From: a virus
Taxonomy: Duplodnaviria; Caudoviricetes
Virus record (IMG/VR): IMGVR_UViG_3300021976_000014
Coordinates: 1 to 59,592 of that record
Direction: 5' to 3' (one strand)
Length of the DNA stretch: 59,592 nt
Within the stretch, counting starts at the first letter, position 1. Every line of letters starts with the position of its first letter. Below, in pieces: positions 26,007 to 34,974 of the stretch. The notes under the pieces are model-generated. The model worked only from the letters and a program-made list of their open reading frames with translations, was not told the origin of the DNA and made no database searches. The position numbers were made by a program, and so were the translations under genes.

Positions 26007-26492
26007 CTAGGCGTTTGCCAAATGTCCGAGTTTGTCCCGTAGCTTCGCTCGCGCTCCGTGACGGCTGTCGTACCAAAGGTTGCGGGAGTACCCCCGGTCA
26101 ACGAGCCCCGGAGTACCGAGGTCTTCCCAGAACCGCAGGCGGATGTACTCGCGTTGACGGCTGCTCAGCCCGGCTATGGCGTCGCTGATCTCGCGACTGT
26201 GGTAGGCACCTCCGGCATCCCGGTCCGTGACGGCCAGCTCGGTGAAGGCAGCCTCGGTGACAGGGACGTCGGAACGGTGCCGAAGGGCGTTGAGCATCGT
26301 CCACCGTCCGCGCTTCCGGAGGTAGGAGACGTTCACCTCCCGGCCGGATTCCTTCGCTGCCACAAGCTCCTTCCAGACAGCGACAGACGCTTCCTGAGCG
26401 AGGTCTTGAGCGGTCGCGTAATCGCGGACGAACGACGCCGCCAGGCGGTGGAGCCATGGCATCATGTCACGTACTGTCTGTTCGATCTCCAT
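26007..26492 (-). CDS. ECF-like sigma-70 family factor
   Basis: Region 2 AQDLAQEA..AVW and region 4 AIAGLSSRQREYIRLRFWED. Confidence 0.8.
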   Translation of the reverse strand: MEIEQTVRDMMPWLHRLAASFVRDYATAQDLAQEASVAVWKELVAAKESGREVNVSYLRKRGRWTMLNALRHRSDVPVTEAAFTELAVTDRDAGGAYHSREISDAIAGLSSRQREYIRLRFWEDLGTPGLVDRGYSRNLWYDSRHGARAKLRDKLGHLANA

Positions 26493-26670
26493 CAACAATC
26501 TCCTGTACTTTGTCGATAAACAACAGTGCGGCATGGGCCGCGTCAGGTCCGTACGTCTCAACCCTCGCCCGGTATGTCTCCGTGATCGCGGCCTTCGCTA
26601 CCAGTAGGTATTCCCGAAGTGTTTCTTCGTCAATCAGAGTGCTCCGCCCGCATTGTGACCTCATCAACAA
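26467..26670 (-). CDS. Hypothetical protein (start uncertain)
   Basis: Fills the operon gap. Confidence 0.45.
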   Translation of the reverse strand: MLMRSQCGRSTLIDEETLREYLLVAKAAITETYRARVETYGPDAAHAALLFIDKVQEIVDGDRTDST

Positions 26671-26839
26671 GGATCGTCACCTGTACGGCGTAGCATGACG
26701 GACTCCCGCCGAAGCCCGGCACCAACCAGTCCCCGACTACAATATCGGGGTCGATCGGCCAAGGGAATTCGGTGCCGTTGATAAACAACCTCTGACCGTT
26801 CGCGGTTGGGACAATTACAGCCTTCAGGTGTTCGCTCAT
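26630..26839 (-). CDS. Hypothetical protein
   Basis: GGAGG RBS and ATGA coupling. Confidence 0.55.
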   Translation of the reverse strand: MSEHLKAVIVPTANGQRLFINGTEFPWPIDPDIVVGDWLVPGFGGSPSCYAVQVTILVDEVTMRAEHSD

Positions 26840-27348
26840 TTCCGCCTCCGATAGTCGTTGAGCACGCGCATCAGGTTGTTTAGCGCCCATTCGGCTTCCT
26901 CTGGAAAATCCTCGTCACCGAGTCCGTACCATCGCCATAGCCGGTATCGGTTTATGACGTGCAGCCCTGTGAGTGCCTCAAGGACGTCCGTGTGGACGTC
27001 AACCGCGTCCATTGCACGCCTCAAACTCCTGGCGTCCTCGGGGACGTGGCCTCGAATCCAGTCGGACCTTTCGAAAACCGTCGCTAGGATCTGGGTTACG
27101 TCGGTGCGTTTGTAGTTGTACTGCACTGACCGGTAGAGGTCTTCCGCCCGGCGGGCTGTTGCGTACTCCTCCGCTAGCAGCAACAGCACCCCCGCTGTCC
27201 GCCCGTCGTCTCCGTCCAGCTCAGGGGTCCGCTCCACCACAGCTAGGAGGTAGTTGGACACCTCCGAGGCTGTGACATCCGGGTAATCCCCCGCGACTAC
27301 CAGGGCGACGCGCTCAACCAGCTCCGCCCACGCGGAGAGGTCTCTCAC
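26836..27348 (-). CDS. Actinophage sigma-factor-like protein
   Basis: Helical; Y.Y...DV..IL...DV..AL..L...Y...Y pattern shared with 40369..40998. Confidence 0.45.
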   Translation of the reverse strand: MRDLSAWAELVERVALVVAGDYPDVTASEVSNYLLAVVERTPELDGDDGRTAGVLLLLAEEYATARRAEDLYRSVQYNYKRTDVTQILATVFERSDWIRGHVPEDARSLRRAMDAVDVHTDVLEALTGLHVINRYRLWRWYGLGDEDFPEEAEWALNNLMRVLNDYRRRK

Positions 27349-27485
27349 CCGTCCTTCCTCCCGAGGTACAGGTTCAGGTAGAAACCGAGGCAGTCGATCC
27401 AAACCGTCTGACCCACGATCCACACACCAAAACTCTTCCAGCCGGCCTTGTCGAATCCGAACGCCATCCGCCTACCGACGTTCAC
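27345..27485 (-). CDS. Small hypothetical protein
   Basis: GTGA coupling on both sides. Confidence 0.45.
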   Translation of the reverse strand: MNVGRRMAFGFDKAGWKSFGVWIVGQTVWIDCLGFYLNLYLGRKDG

Positions 27486-28219
27486 AACCCCACCTTCTCT
27501 ACACCTTCGAGCCGGCGGTTTCCTCGCGACCAGCCGCCGCACCCCCGGCAGCTATAGCGCTGGTAAGTACCGAGGGCGGTGTACGCTCGCCCTTCCTTCG
27601 TCAGCTCAGCACTACCGCACTTCGGGCAACCGTCGGTGTCGGTGGTGTAGAGGTTGACGTTCGGGTGACCTGGAATCCATGGCAACAGTCGGTCGTAGAC
27701 GTCCTCCAGGACTGTGACGTCTCTCCTGTTGTACCGTTCCATGTCGGCCCACGACTGGTCGTCGTCAGTCATCACGCCCAGCCACATGTCAAAGCCCCGG
27801 TGCTTTTCCTTCCCTCCCAAAGACAGAAGGTTATCGGAGACGTACTGGAGTTTGTTGCTCGGCAGCCGGAATTGCTTCTTCGCGACCCGGCAGAGATCGA
27901 TCTGCTTGAAAGGACTAGGCGGAGGCAACCCCTCAAGTAGCATCTCACCATTCAGAGTCGGGATGTCGAACTGTTTACCGTTGTAGTGGACGACGGTGTC
28001 TGCCTCGTCCAAGAGATCCCACGCCGCCCGCACCATCCCGGTCTTCCCCGGGTTGCGCAACGAATAGAACTCCGTGTCGGGCTCGTGCAACCACTTCGCG
28101 GCGAAGCACAGCATATAGCCGGACTCAACGAGCATCGCCAGGGGAATATCTTGCTTCCATAACCCCCAAACCCAGGCGAGATTCGGAGCGGTTTCGATGT
28201 CCAGTAGGAGTGTCCTCAA
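27482..28219 (-). CDS. RNase H-like/DnaQ-type 3'-5' exonuclease with C-terminal zinc ribbon
   Basis: LDIET, HYNG..FDIP, YN..DV and CPKCG..C..CG motifs. Confidence 0.85.
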   Translation of the reverse strand: MRTLLLDIETAPNLAWVWGLWKQDIPLAMLVESGYMLCFAAKWLHEPDTEFYSLRNPGKTGMVRAAWDLLDEADTVVHYNGKQFDIPTLNGEMLLEGLPPPSPFKQIDLCRVAKKQFRLPSNKLQYVSDNLLSLGGKEKHRGFDMWLGVMTDDDQSWADMERYNRRDVTVLEDVYDRLLPWIPGHPNVNLYTTDTDGCPKCGSAELTKEGRAYTALGTYQRYSCRGCGGWSRGNRRLEGVEKVGL

Positions 28220-28543
28220 TCAGTGGTTCCAATCGAATAGGTCGTCAAGGCTGGTGCCTTCATTCCTCGCTAGACCTTGGAGGTTGAACGCCGCCCTCGC
28301 GAGGTGGTCTTCGGTGCGGTCGCCGGAAAGGTAGGCGTACACATGCCTCAGGAGGCCCGCTGCGTACCGCTGGCTAGGGATGCCACGAGTCCAGTTGTGC
28401 TCGCCGTAGTGCTCGGCACCCTCAGCCATCACGTCCGCTACGCGCCTAAGGAATATCGGGTCGATGAGGTCGAACCTCGGTTTGCCGGCCTGTGTGTCCC
28501 GATGGGCCCCGGACTCCCACTGCTGCATCGACGCCTCACTCAA
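28220..28543 (-). CDS. dATP/dGTP diphosphohydrolase (DUF5664-like)
   Basis: GKPRFDLI....L..VA.V...GA..YG..NW..G......LLRH...EDHL motif. Confidence 0.8.
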   Translation of the reverse strand: MSEASMQQWESGAHRDTQAGKPRFDLIDPIFLRRVADVMAEGAEHYGEHNWTRGIPSQRYAAGLLRHVYAYLSGDRTEDHLARAAFNLQGLARNEGTSLDDLFDWNH

Positions 28544-28811
28544 CTGTTACCTCATCGGGGTCGCCTTCATCGTCAAACCAAGCCTTACCCATCTCGGCGA
28601 TCAGTCCGTCACCAAGCAACGTCGCGGTCTTTTGTGCCGCCGCGATCAGTCCGTCAGCTATCGACCGGTAGCGCGCCGCGATCTGGTCGTGTTGCTCGGC
28701 AAGCTCAAGTACTTCGCCTACGGTTTGCCGGGTCCGCTGAATGATGTCAGCGTTGAACTCCAAAACCTCCGAGAACGTCTCGGCAGGACTGAATTCCTTC
28801 TCCTCAGCCAC
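28536..28811 (-). CDS. Hypothetical protein
   Basis: Coupled ORF in the operon. Confidence 0.55.
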   Translation of the reverse strand: MAEEKEFSPAETFSEVLEFNADIIQRTRQTVGEVLELAEQHDQIAARYRSIADGLIAAAQKTATLLGDGLIAEMGKAWFDDEGDPDEVTVE

Positions 28812-29430
28812 TTTCCCCCACCAACCCTCTCAATGCGCTCCGGCCGTACTTGCAGTAGTAGTGATTGACGTCGTCCTCTGGCATCACCACAACCTTTGTA
28901 TCCTCTATGTCAGCCCGGACAGCGCGCGCTAGCTTCTCCCCGGCTTCTCCAGCGTCGCTCAACACGACCACTTGCCGATACCGGAAGACGCGCCAGTAGT
29001 ATTTCTTCCAGTTCGATACCCCTGGGACACCCACCGCCGGGAGGCCACAGATTTCTGCCGTGATGCAGTCAATCTCGCCTTCGCAGACGTACACCCGTTG
29101 TGCACTGCTCCGGAGGACTATGGTGTTATAGAGACCCGTCGGCGTTCCCTCTGTACCGAGATACTTTATTCCTGTCCCGGTGCCAAAACTCCTGAATCGG
29201 ATCTGCGTTATGCCGCTCCAACTGAGATACGGAATGCTAATCTTCCGTGCCGGGTCTCCGACGGCGGGATCGTTTCCCGTCCAGCCGAGCCGAAATCGAT
29301 CCACCGCCGCGCTCGTAATCTGTCTTTCCCGAGTTAGGTAGTCTAGGACCTCCGGGTTGACCGCGAGATTCGCTGCGTATCGTTTTGACTCTCTCTCCAG
29401 TGATGCTCTCATAGCGTCGGATGGAATCAA
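28804..29430 (-). CDS. DNA primase, TOPRIM domain
   Basis: YL..R, IPY, VCEGEID, GVPG..W and D..EAG motifs. Confidence 0.9.
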   Translation of the reverse strand: MIPSDAMRASLERESKRYAANLAVNPEVLDYLTRERQITSAAVDRFRLGWTGNDPAVGDPARKISIPYLSWSGITQIRFRSFGTGTGIKYLGTEGTPTGLYNTIVLRSSAQRVYVCEGEIDCITAEICGLPAVGVPGVSNWKKYYWRVFRYRQVVVLSDAGEAGEKLARAVRADIEDTKVVVMPEDDVNHYYCKYGRSALRGLVGESG

Positions 29431-29665
29431 CGAAATCGCATCTCTCCCTCCACATGATCAGGCTGAAGACGTCGCCCTTTGCGTCACAGGCTTGGCATTT
29501 ATATGCTCCTGCATCAACCGAAACTCTTCCGCTAGCTCTACGGTCGCCGTGGAAAGCGCAGCGAACTGTGCGCCAACCTCCGCTATCCGGGACGTCATCA
29601 ACGTCATCGAAACCATAGAATTCAAGAACTTTCCGGATGTCTCCGGGGTCGCCGTCAATCGTCAA
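29237..29665 (-). CDS. DNA primase zinc-binding (CHC2) domain, separate ORF
   Basis: C.FH.D..AS......Y.C.AC...GD motif. Confidence 0.85.
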   Translation of the reverse strand: MTIDGDPGDIRKVLEFYGFDDVDDVPDSGGWRTVRCAFHGDRRASGRVSVDAGAYKCQACDAKGDVFSLIMWRERCDFVDSIRRYESITGERVKTIRSESRGQPGGPRLPNSGKTDYERGGGSISARLDGKRSRRRRPGTED

Positions 29666-29803
29666 TTACCTCTATGACATCGATACAGAAGAAGCCGTAT
29701 GCTTGGGGCGTGTTGTCGTTGTCATAGACGATCTCAGCCTGGAACCACCAACCATCAGTGACGCGCTTCCGAAAAAGGTCATCATCGACTTCAACGACCA
29801 GCT

Positions 29804-29998
29804 TCACGCCTTCCCCCGGCGCTGAAGAGCATCATCATGCGCGAGCGTCACGACCCCGGTCTTGAGAATGCAGATCGGGACAGCCCAAAGACGATTCTCG
29901 TCACGGATGCTGAACTCAACCACCTTCGCTTTCAGCCCATGGAACAGCACTTTGTCTCCGACGTTCCACCGCCCGGCGTACACGTAGTCCTCACTCAT
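29804..29998 (-). CDS. Hypothetical protein (SH3-like)
   Basis: VGDKV motif; coupled ORF. Confidence 0.5.
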   Translation of the reverse strand: MSEDYVYAGRWNVGDKVLFHGLKAKVVEFSIRDENRLWAVPICILKTGVVTLAHDDALQRRGKA

Positions 29999-30158
29999 CG
30001 TCTTCCCATCCTTGGGCATCGAAAATACTGTTCTGGCAGCGAAGGCACCAACCCGACATACGGAACTCTGCTTTGCTGAGATCGTCCCACCGGTTGAATT
30101 CCTCCGCAGTAATAACCCGACCGCAGCCCAGCGGGGCTGAGAGACAACTAAGATTCAT
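29991..30158 (-). CDS. Small Cys-rich hypothetical protein (not in ORF track)
   Basis: Translates as MNLSCLSAPLGCGRVITAEEFNRWDDLSKAEFRMSGWCLRCQNSIFDAQGWEDDE; ATGA coupling. Confidence 0.6.
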   Translation of the reverse strand: MNLSCLSAPLGCGRVITAEEFNRWDDLSKAEFRMSGWCLRCQNSIFDAQGWEDDE

Positions 30159-30859
30159 CGCTTCCTTTTTCGCGCTTGGCGTTTCCTCTTCGGTTGTTTC
30201 TTCGGGGCTATGACCTCGCCGATGGCCACAATCGCCGGTGGGCTGTCTAGATAGTTCGCAGCGCTCCGGAACAGGTCACTATCGCGATGCTTACCGATCA
30301 CCCGCAGATTGCACGAGCTACAGAGAGCGCCTCTGATAATGCCCGTCAAGTGGTCATGGTCTACCGCAAGCAGCTTTCCTCGCGGTGGCCGAAAGCAAAC
30401 GGCACAGACTCCGTTTTGAGCAGCTAGGATCTTCCCGTACTGTTCAAGCGTAATCCCATAAGCGCTCTTGAGGTGGTAGACGCGACGTGTCATCGTCGCG
30501 TCTTTCCTTGTGCCGTTGCCTTCCATCGTGCAAGCTTTGCATTCTGGCCTGAGTCGGTCGGCTGTGGTGCCGTGCGGGTAAAACTCGCTGAGTCTTACGT
30601 CCTGTTGACAACCCGTGCATATCTTGCTGCCACGAGCAATCAGTTCCGCATACAGTCGAGTTTGGTACTCCGAGCTACAGGCCAGTCCACAATATTTCGT
30701 TTGCCGGCCGGACAGTTCCCCACCACAGTTGACACAGTACAGTTTCTCTCTGTACTTGATGTTTGCTACTCGCTGCTTTTCGGCATCGAAACAGTTTGCA
30801 CTACACCATTTTCTACGGCGGCCAGTGAGGGGTTTCGAGCAGCCGTGACACTCCTTCAA
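30155..30859 (-). CDS. Endonuclease VII-domain protein with N-terminal zinc fingers
   Basis: YGIT.E.Y..IL..Q.G.CA.C, LAVDHDH.TG.IRG.LC..CN and two C..C...KxC...C repeats. Confidence 0.9.
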   Translation of the reverse strand: MKECHGCSKPLTGRRRKWCSANCFDAEKQRVANIKYREKLYCVNCGGELSGRQTKYCGLACSSEYQTRLYAELIARGSKICTGCQQDVRLSEFYPHGTTADRLRPECKACTMEGNGTRKDATMTRRVYHLKSAYGITLEQYGKILAAQNGVCAVCFRPPRGKLLAVDHDHLTGIIRGALCSSCNLRVIGKHRDSDLFRSAANYLDSPPAIVAIGEVIAPKKQPKRKRQARKRKR

Positions 30860-30885
30860 TCATCTCCCGATAGGTTAGGTGTGGA

Positions 30886-30913
30886 TGGGCGCCCGTTGCG
30901 GGGCGGGCGCCCA
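30886..30913. terminator. GC-rich hairpin (terminator or processing site)
   Basis: Intergenic TGGGCGCCCG/CGGGCGCCCA stem. Confidence 0.4.
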
Positions 30914-30934
30914 CGCCCAATTGCCCTCTGACAG

Positions 30935-31228
30935 CTATTCGTAGAACGTCACCATTCGCTCAACCGGCTTGACCTCCGAGAAGGGTCCGTCGTAGTAGCC
31001 GCCGTCGTAGCTGGCGTAATAGCCGTCCATCCGAAACCACCGAACAGAACCCGCAGTGTCAACGACGTTGAAGACCAACCAATACGCGTCGCCCTGGCCC
31101 TCACCACCGCCGCTCTTGACACAAGTCACGGTCCCGAGGCCGGGGATCTCCTCCGCTAGACCCTCGTCCCACCGATACCAGCCATCCCCGGCGTCCCCAA
31201 TAAGGGCCTCGATCTCACCCAGCGTCAT
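30935..31228 (-). CDS. Hypothetical protein, paralog A
   Basis: AGGAG RBS; GGEGQG...VF.V...F..DG.Y.SY.G....F.EV.P pattern. Confidence 0.7.
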   Translation of the reverse strand: MTLGEIEALIGDAGDGWYRWDEGLAEEIPGLGTVTCVKSGGGEGQGDAYWLVFNVVDTAGSVRWFRMDGYYASYDGGYYDGPFSEVKPVERMVTFYE

Positions 31229-31236
31229 CAGTGCTC

Positions 31237-31593
31237 CTAGAGGAAGTCGTAGACGGTCTCGGTACGCGGCGAAGGCTGCACCTGGCGGAAGTGACCATTC
31301 CATTCGATGTCAGCGTAGGAATCCCCGATGCCGTCCTTGCGGAAGTACTTGCCGTCGACCTCCAGGACGACGAACACCACACCCTCTTGACGGGTGCCGT
31401 AGGAGTCGAAACCTGTGTCGAGTTCTTTCTTGACAACCTTGAATGTCAGGCCGTCAACGGTCTTCGCCTGACCAATCTTGTAGGTCCAATCGCCCACCAT
31501 GCTTGGCCAATCGATGACGCGGTCGAGCTTGTCGGCGGTGATGGCGGGGTGGTCGTCTGGGAGGTCGGTAGCGCAGAGCGGGCAGGCTGTCAT
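31237..31593 (-). CDS. Hypothetical protein, paralog B
   Basis: VFVV.EV.G.YF.KDG..DSY....W.G.F.QV.P, similar to paralog A. Confidence 0.7.
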   Translation of the reverse strand: MTACPLCATDLPDDHPAITADKLDRVIDWPSMVGDWTYKIGQAKTVDGLTFKVVKKELDTGFDSYGTRQEGVVFVVLEVDGKYFRKDGIGDSYADIEWNGHFRQVQPSPRTETVYDFL

Positions 31594-32372
31594 CGGGCGT
31601 TCTCCTTCAGTGGGATGAGGTATTCCGCGCGGCTAAGGTGCCTTGCGACGTAATCCGTATCCGGACGCGAAATCCGGTCGTAGTTCTCGATGAGAAAGAG
31701 ACTTGACTTGCCCTTGGTTAGGCTCGTGATGGTCCGGCGGAGAGCCCAGACGTACGCAGCCCCAGGGGAGCACCTGTAGTTCCGAGGAACTACTATCCGT
31801 TCCAGTGCCGTCGCGTACACCTCTTCGCGGAACAACTGCAACTGCGTGTCGTACGGCAGAGCCCAGACCTTCTTCATGTCCATCTCGACTGAGGCGTCAT
31901 CCTTCAAGACGCTCTCATACAGCGGCCTGTCTCCGTAGGCCACCGAGACATGCAAGCTGTCGTGGTCGTATTTCCGGTTGACGGCGTCAGCGAAGAACCC
32001 CATAGACTCTTTCGTCAGGTCAACCTTCTTGGCGCCGTGCTTCTCCTCCCAGACTTCATAGAGGAGTTTGTGAAGCCCCGGAATCAGCGTCGCGCCCTTC
32101 GCCTTCAGGAACATCGCGTCAGCGATGTGCTTCCCCCACGAACCATTCTTCAGCTCCCACGCACTATGGGAAACTTTCAGCGTATACAGCTCGTCGGGTG
32201 TTGCTACCCGTACCGGCTTAGACCACCAATACTGATAGAAACTTGGGTGCCAGAAGGAATCGTCGCTGTCCCCCGGTCGGCTATACGGACTCAGGACATC
32301 CAAGTCCTTCGGCTCGCGGGGAAAGTCTGGGAAGTGATGCTGGATTGCAGTCGAGCCGATGATCAGTCGCAT
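31590..32372 (-). CDS. Nucleotidyltransferase-like protein
   Basis: N-terminal hIGS.A.........P.DLD (Pol-beta-type GS..DxD); also YDHD.LH. Confidence 0.6.
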   Translation of the reverse strand: MRLIIGSTAIQHHFPDFPREPKDLDVLSPYSRPGDSDDSFWHPSFYQYWWSKPVRVATPDELYTLKVSHSAWELKNGSWGKHIADAMFLKAKGATLIPGLHKLLYEVWEEKHGAKKVDLTKESMGFFADAVNRKYDHDSLHVSVAYGDRPLYESVLKDDASVEMDMKKVWALPYDTQLQLFREEVYATALERIVVPRNYRCSPGAAYVWALRRTITSLTKGKSSLFLIENYDRISRPDTDYVARHLSRAEYLIPLKENAR

Positions 32373-33637
32373 CTCTGACCCTCCTTGGTACGTTCAATAC
32401 GGGAAGCGATTAGCGGTAGATAGGACTCCTCACGCTCGACTGCGATGCAGCGGAAACCCTCAAGAAGGCACGCTTCGGCTGTTGTGCCTGAACCGGCGAA
32501 CGGGTCGAGCACTACGCCGCCCGGCGGCGTCACGAGCCGCACGAGCCAACGCACCAGGGCGAGTGGTTTCACGGTCGGGTGGGCGACGCCGTTCACCCTC
32601 GGGCGCTCGCGGGTGGGCGCCTTTGCCTGGTACCGGAACACCGGGAAGAACCGCGACGCACCGCCGGTGTCGCCGTACGTCTCCACCGTGGTGTACCCGT
32701 CGGCCGCGTTCTGTCCGTAGACGCTGCGCCTACCGATCGGGCGGGTCGGCCGCATCTTGCCGGAGGTGAGCACGCCGCTCTGTGCGTCCAGCTCGGCGAC
32801 GGGGCAGCCCGGCACGCACCCGTCGGCGCACGCATCCCCGACCCGCTGACCGTCCTCGATCAGCGGGACGTGGGACAGCACCACGTTCGACGGCCACCGG
32901 CCGGCGGGGTTCCGATCCTCGCCCGCCGTCCACGACTTGCTGTATTCGTCCTGTGCATAAGCAGCGCCCGTCGCCTTGCTGTGACCGGTCGGAAACTTCG
33001 CCTTGTCGGTTGCTGGCACCCGGCAGGCGTCGATGTTCAGCGCCCCCGTGCCGTACGCGAGCACGTTCGCGGCCACCGTCCCGGCGAGGGGCTTCCGTGC
33101 TACGACGATTGGCTCTCTGGCTGGCTTCAGTGCGGTGCCCCAGCCGGCCCAGCGCGCGGCGGCGTCGGTCGCGGGGGCGTCGTAGATCGTGCGGGTCTGC
33201 GTCCCCAGGTTGTCACCGAGGATGCCCGCCGAGCGCTGCCCGCCCGACCACTCGCGCCCACCCTCGGTGCGCGTCGCCCCGGCGGCCTTGTCGATGGCCT
33301 TGGACACGTCAAGGCTCTTGGGGAAACCGCTCCCATAAAGCCAATCAATACCGTCTCTAATTTCAAAACCCGCATCCTCGATCGCAGACGTCAAGCGGTG
33401 AACGGTCCGGGTGCCGCCAAATGCAAGCAAGTGCCCACCCGGCTTCAGTACCCGTAGCGCCTCGCGCCACAGGTCGACGCTATAGGCGATTCCCGAGGCA
33501 TCCCACATCCGTCCCATGAACCCCATTTCGTATGGAGGGTCGGTAACCACTGCATCTACCGATGCGTCCGGCAGTTCGCGAAGCGCATCGAGGGCATCAG
33601 CGTGCATAACCTGTACTTCGGCAACACTGCAATTCAA
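32363..33637 (-). CDS. DNA methyltransferase (N4-C/N6-A, beta class)
   Basis: VTDPPY, LKPGG, HPTVKP..L and VLDPFAGSGTT motifs. Confidence 0.95.
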   Translation of the reverse strand: MNCSVAEVQVMHADALDALRELPDASVDAVVTDPPYEMGFMGRMWDASGIAYSVDLWREALRVLKPGGHLLAFGGTRTVHRLTSAIEDAGFEIRDGIDWLYGSGFPKSLDVSKAIDKAAGATRTEGGREWSGGQRSAGILGDNLGTQTRTIYDAPATDAAARWAGWGTALKPAREPIVVARKPLAGTVAANVLAYGTGALNIDACRVPATDKAKFPTGHSKATGAAYAQDEYSKSWTAGEDRNPAGRWPSNVVLSHVPLIEDGQRVGDACADGCVPGCPVAELDAQSGVLTSGKMRPTRPIGRRSVYGQNAADGYTTVETYGDTGGASRFFPVFRYQAKAPTRERPRVNGVAHPTVKPLALVRWLVRLVTPPGGVVLDPFAGSGTTAEACLLEGFRCIAVEREESYLPLIASRIERTKEGQRCD

Positions 33638-33816
33638 CACTCCGGGGCGAAGTCCCGGATGAACCCGACCCAATTGTCATTATCGGGGTCATCGAGGTCT
33701 CGGAACTCATATAGCCCGGCGAGTTCATCCACAACGCCAACGACCTCACAGGCGGTGTTGTCCTCTAGCCAGAATCCCTGCGTACCAATCATTCCGCCCC
33801 TGCTCCCATCTGTCAT
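33634..33816 (-). CDS. Hypothetical protein
   Basis: Coupled ORF. Confidence 0.5.
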   Translation of the reverse strand: MTDGSRGGMIGTQGFWLEDNTACEVVGVVDELAGLYEFRDLDDPDNDNWVGFIRDFAPEC

Positions 33817-34013
33817 CGCATCCCTACTTCCGCTACGGACTGGGGCTCCCGTTCAAGGCTGGCGGTAACGTCGTCCGTCGTCACGTAAGAGAACGTCGTC
33901 ACTCCACCTTCTGTCCCGACAACCACGAGGTGTTCCCCGAAGGCATTCGGTCCGACGATCGTCCCCGGCTCGGGTGGGCTCGGGTAGCGCGCACTCCCCG
34001 CGACAGCTCTCAT
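33813..34013 (-). CDS. Hypothetical protein
   Basis: ATGA coupling. Confidence 0.55.
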   Translation of the reverse strand: MRAVAGSARYPSPPEPGTIVGPNAFGEHLVVVGTEGGVTTFSYVTTDDVTASLEREPQSVAEVGMR

Positions 34014-34180
34014 CGGTCGGTGCTCTCCATATACAACCCAGCGGTGAAATCCTGAATCGCCGCCAGGGCCACGGACGCGGCCGAAAGCGCCAACCCTCGC
34101 CGGGTCTCGTCTCCCTGCCAGACCTTCTGTATCAGCCGGTCAGCGATGAACGCAATCTCTGACTCGTTCTTCTTAGTCAC
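34010..34180 (-). CDS. Small hypothetical protein (not in ORF track)
   Basis: 56-aa ORF MTKKNESEIAF... fills the gap and is coupled to the next gene. Confidence 0.5.
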   Translation of the reverse strand: MTKKNESEIAFIADRLIQKVWQGDETRRGLALSAASVALAAIQDFTAGLYMESTDR

Positions 34181-34188
34181 TTAGATAC

Positions 34189-34974
34189 TCACCCACCCAT
34201 CCAAGATCGTTCAGGGAGCCAAGGAATCTGGCAGAACCAGCTACCGTTGCTGTTAGCCGGGCCACTCGAATTTTTCACGACGGACACGGATAGCAGACCT
34301 GGATTAGACTGATGAAACGTCAGAATCAGCCTTGGGCGCTTGTCGACTTTGTTGAGAATGGCGTCTTTCCCGAGCGGGCTATTACCGAGGACGTTCCCCC
34401 CGGTGACGTGGCAGAGAAAGGCGATGTGCGCCCCGATCTCCCGGGACTTACTACTCCCCCACAACAGCGCCTCCCGTTGGTTAGAGCCTTCGTCAGCGCC
34501 GTACCCGGCGTCAACGTCCATGAGGTTGTCTACCACTATCAGATGTGGATACGCTCCGTTGGCGACGGAATAGGCATCGATCTCTGCGTCAAAGTGACTG
34601 AGCGTCGGACCGACCGTGAAGTCCCACCACACATGCTCCGTCGCCTCGTGGAAGACTTCCCATCTCTCCTCTAGCAACTCCGCTGCGTCGTCCTGGTTGC
34701 AGTCAAGAACGCTCTGAGCGACTCGGATACCTACGGTGTGTTGGTCAGAATCGGAAGAGAAGTAGATCGTTGGGATAGGGGAGATGCCGTCATAGCGAGC
34801 CGCCTGAACCCAATGGGACCAGAACGCCGTCTTACCACCCCCACTAGCGCCAGCAGACAAACTGATCTGACCCCGTCTCGCGAACGCCCGCATCCGCTCC
34901 AATGAGGGAAAGGGCGAGGGTAGAGGGCTCCCAACGGAGCCCCTCGCCCTCATCGCTAGCGACAGCGACGCCAT
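34189..34974 (-). CDS. DnaB-like/RecA-fold helicase
   Basis: Walker A GASGGGKT, YFSSD, LIVVDNL, HV and V.VVKN motifs. Confidence 0.85.
   Translation of the reverse strand: MASLSLAMRARGSVGSPLPSPFPSLERMRAFARRGQISLSAGASGGGKTAFWSHWVQAARYDGISPIPTIYFSSDSDQHTVGIRVAQSVLDCNQDDAAELLEERWEVFHEATEHVWWDFTVGPTLSHFDAEIDAYSVANGAYPHLIVVDNLMDVDAGYGADEGSNQREALLWGSSKSREIGAHIAFLCHVTGGNVLGNSPLGKDAILNKVDKRPRLILTFHQSNPGLLSVSVVKNSSGPANSNGSWFCQIPWLPERSWMGG

Noticed and set aside
28220-28543. Z-genome (2-aminoadenine) or deazaguanine pathway suggested by the dATP/dGTP diphosphohydrolase
   Set aside because: No PurZ, DatZ-like HD, Que/FolE or DpdA genes are recognisable in the window.
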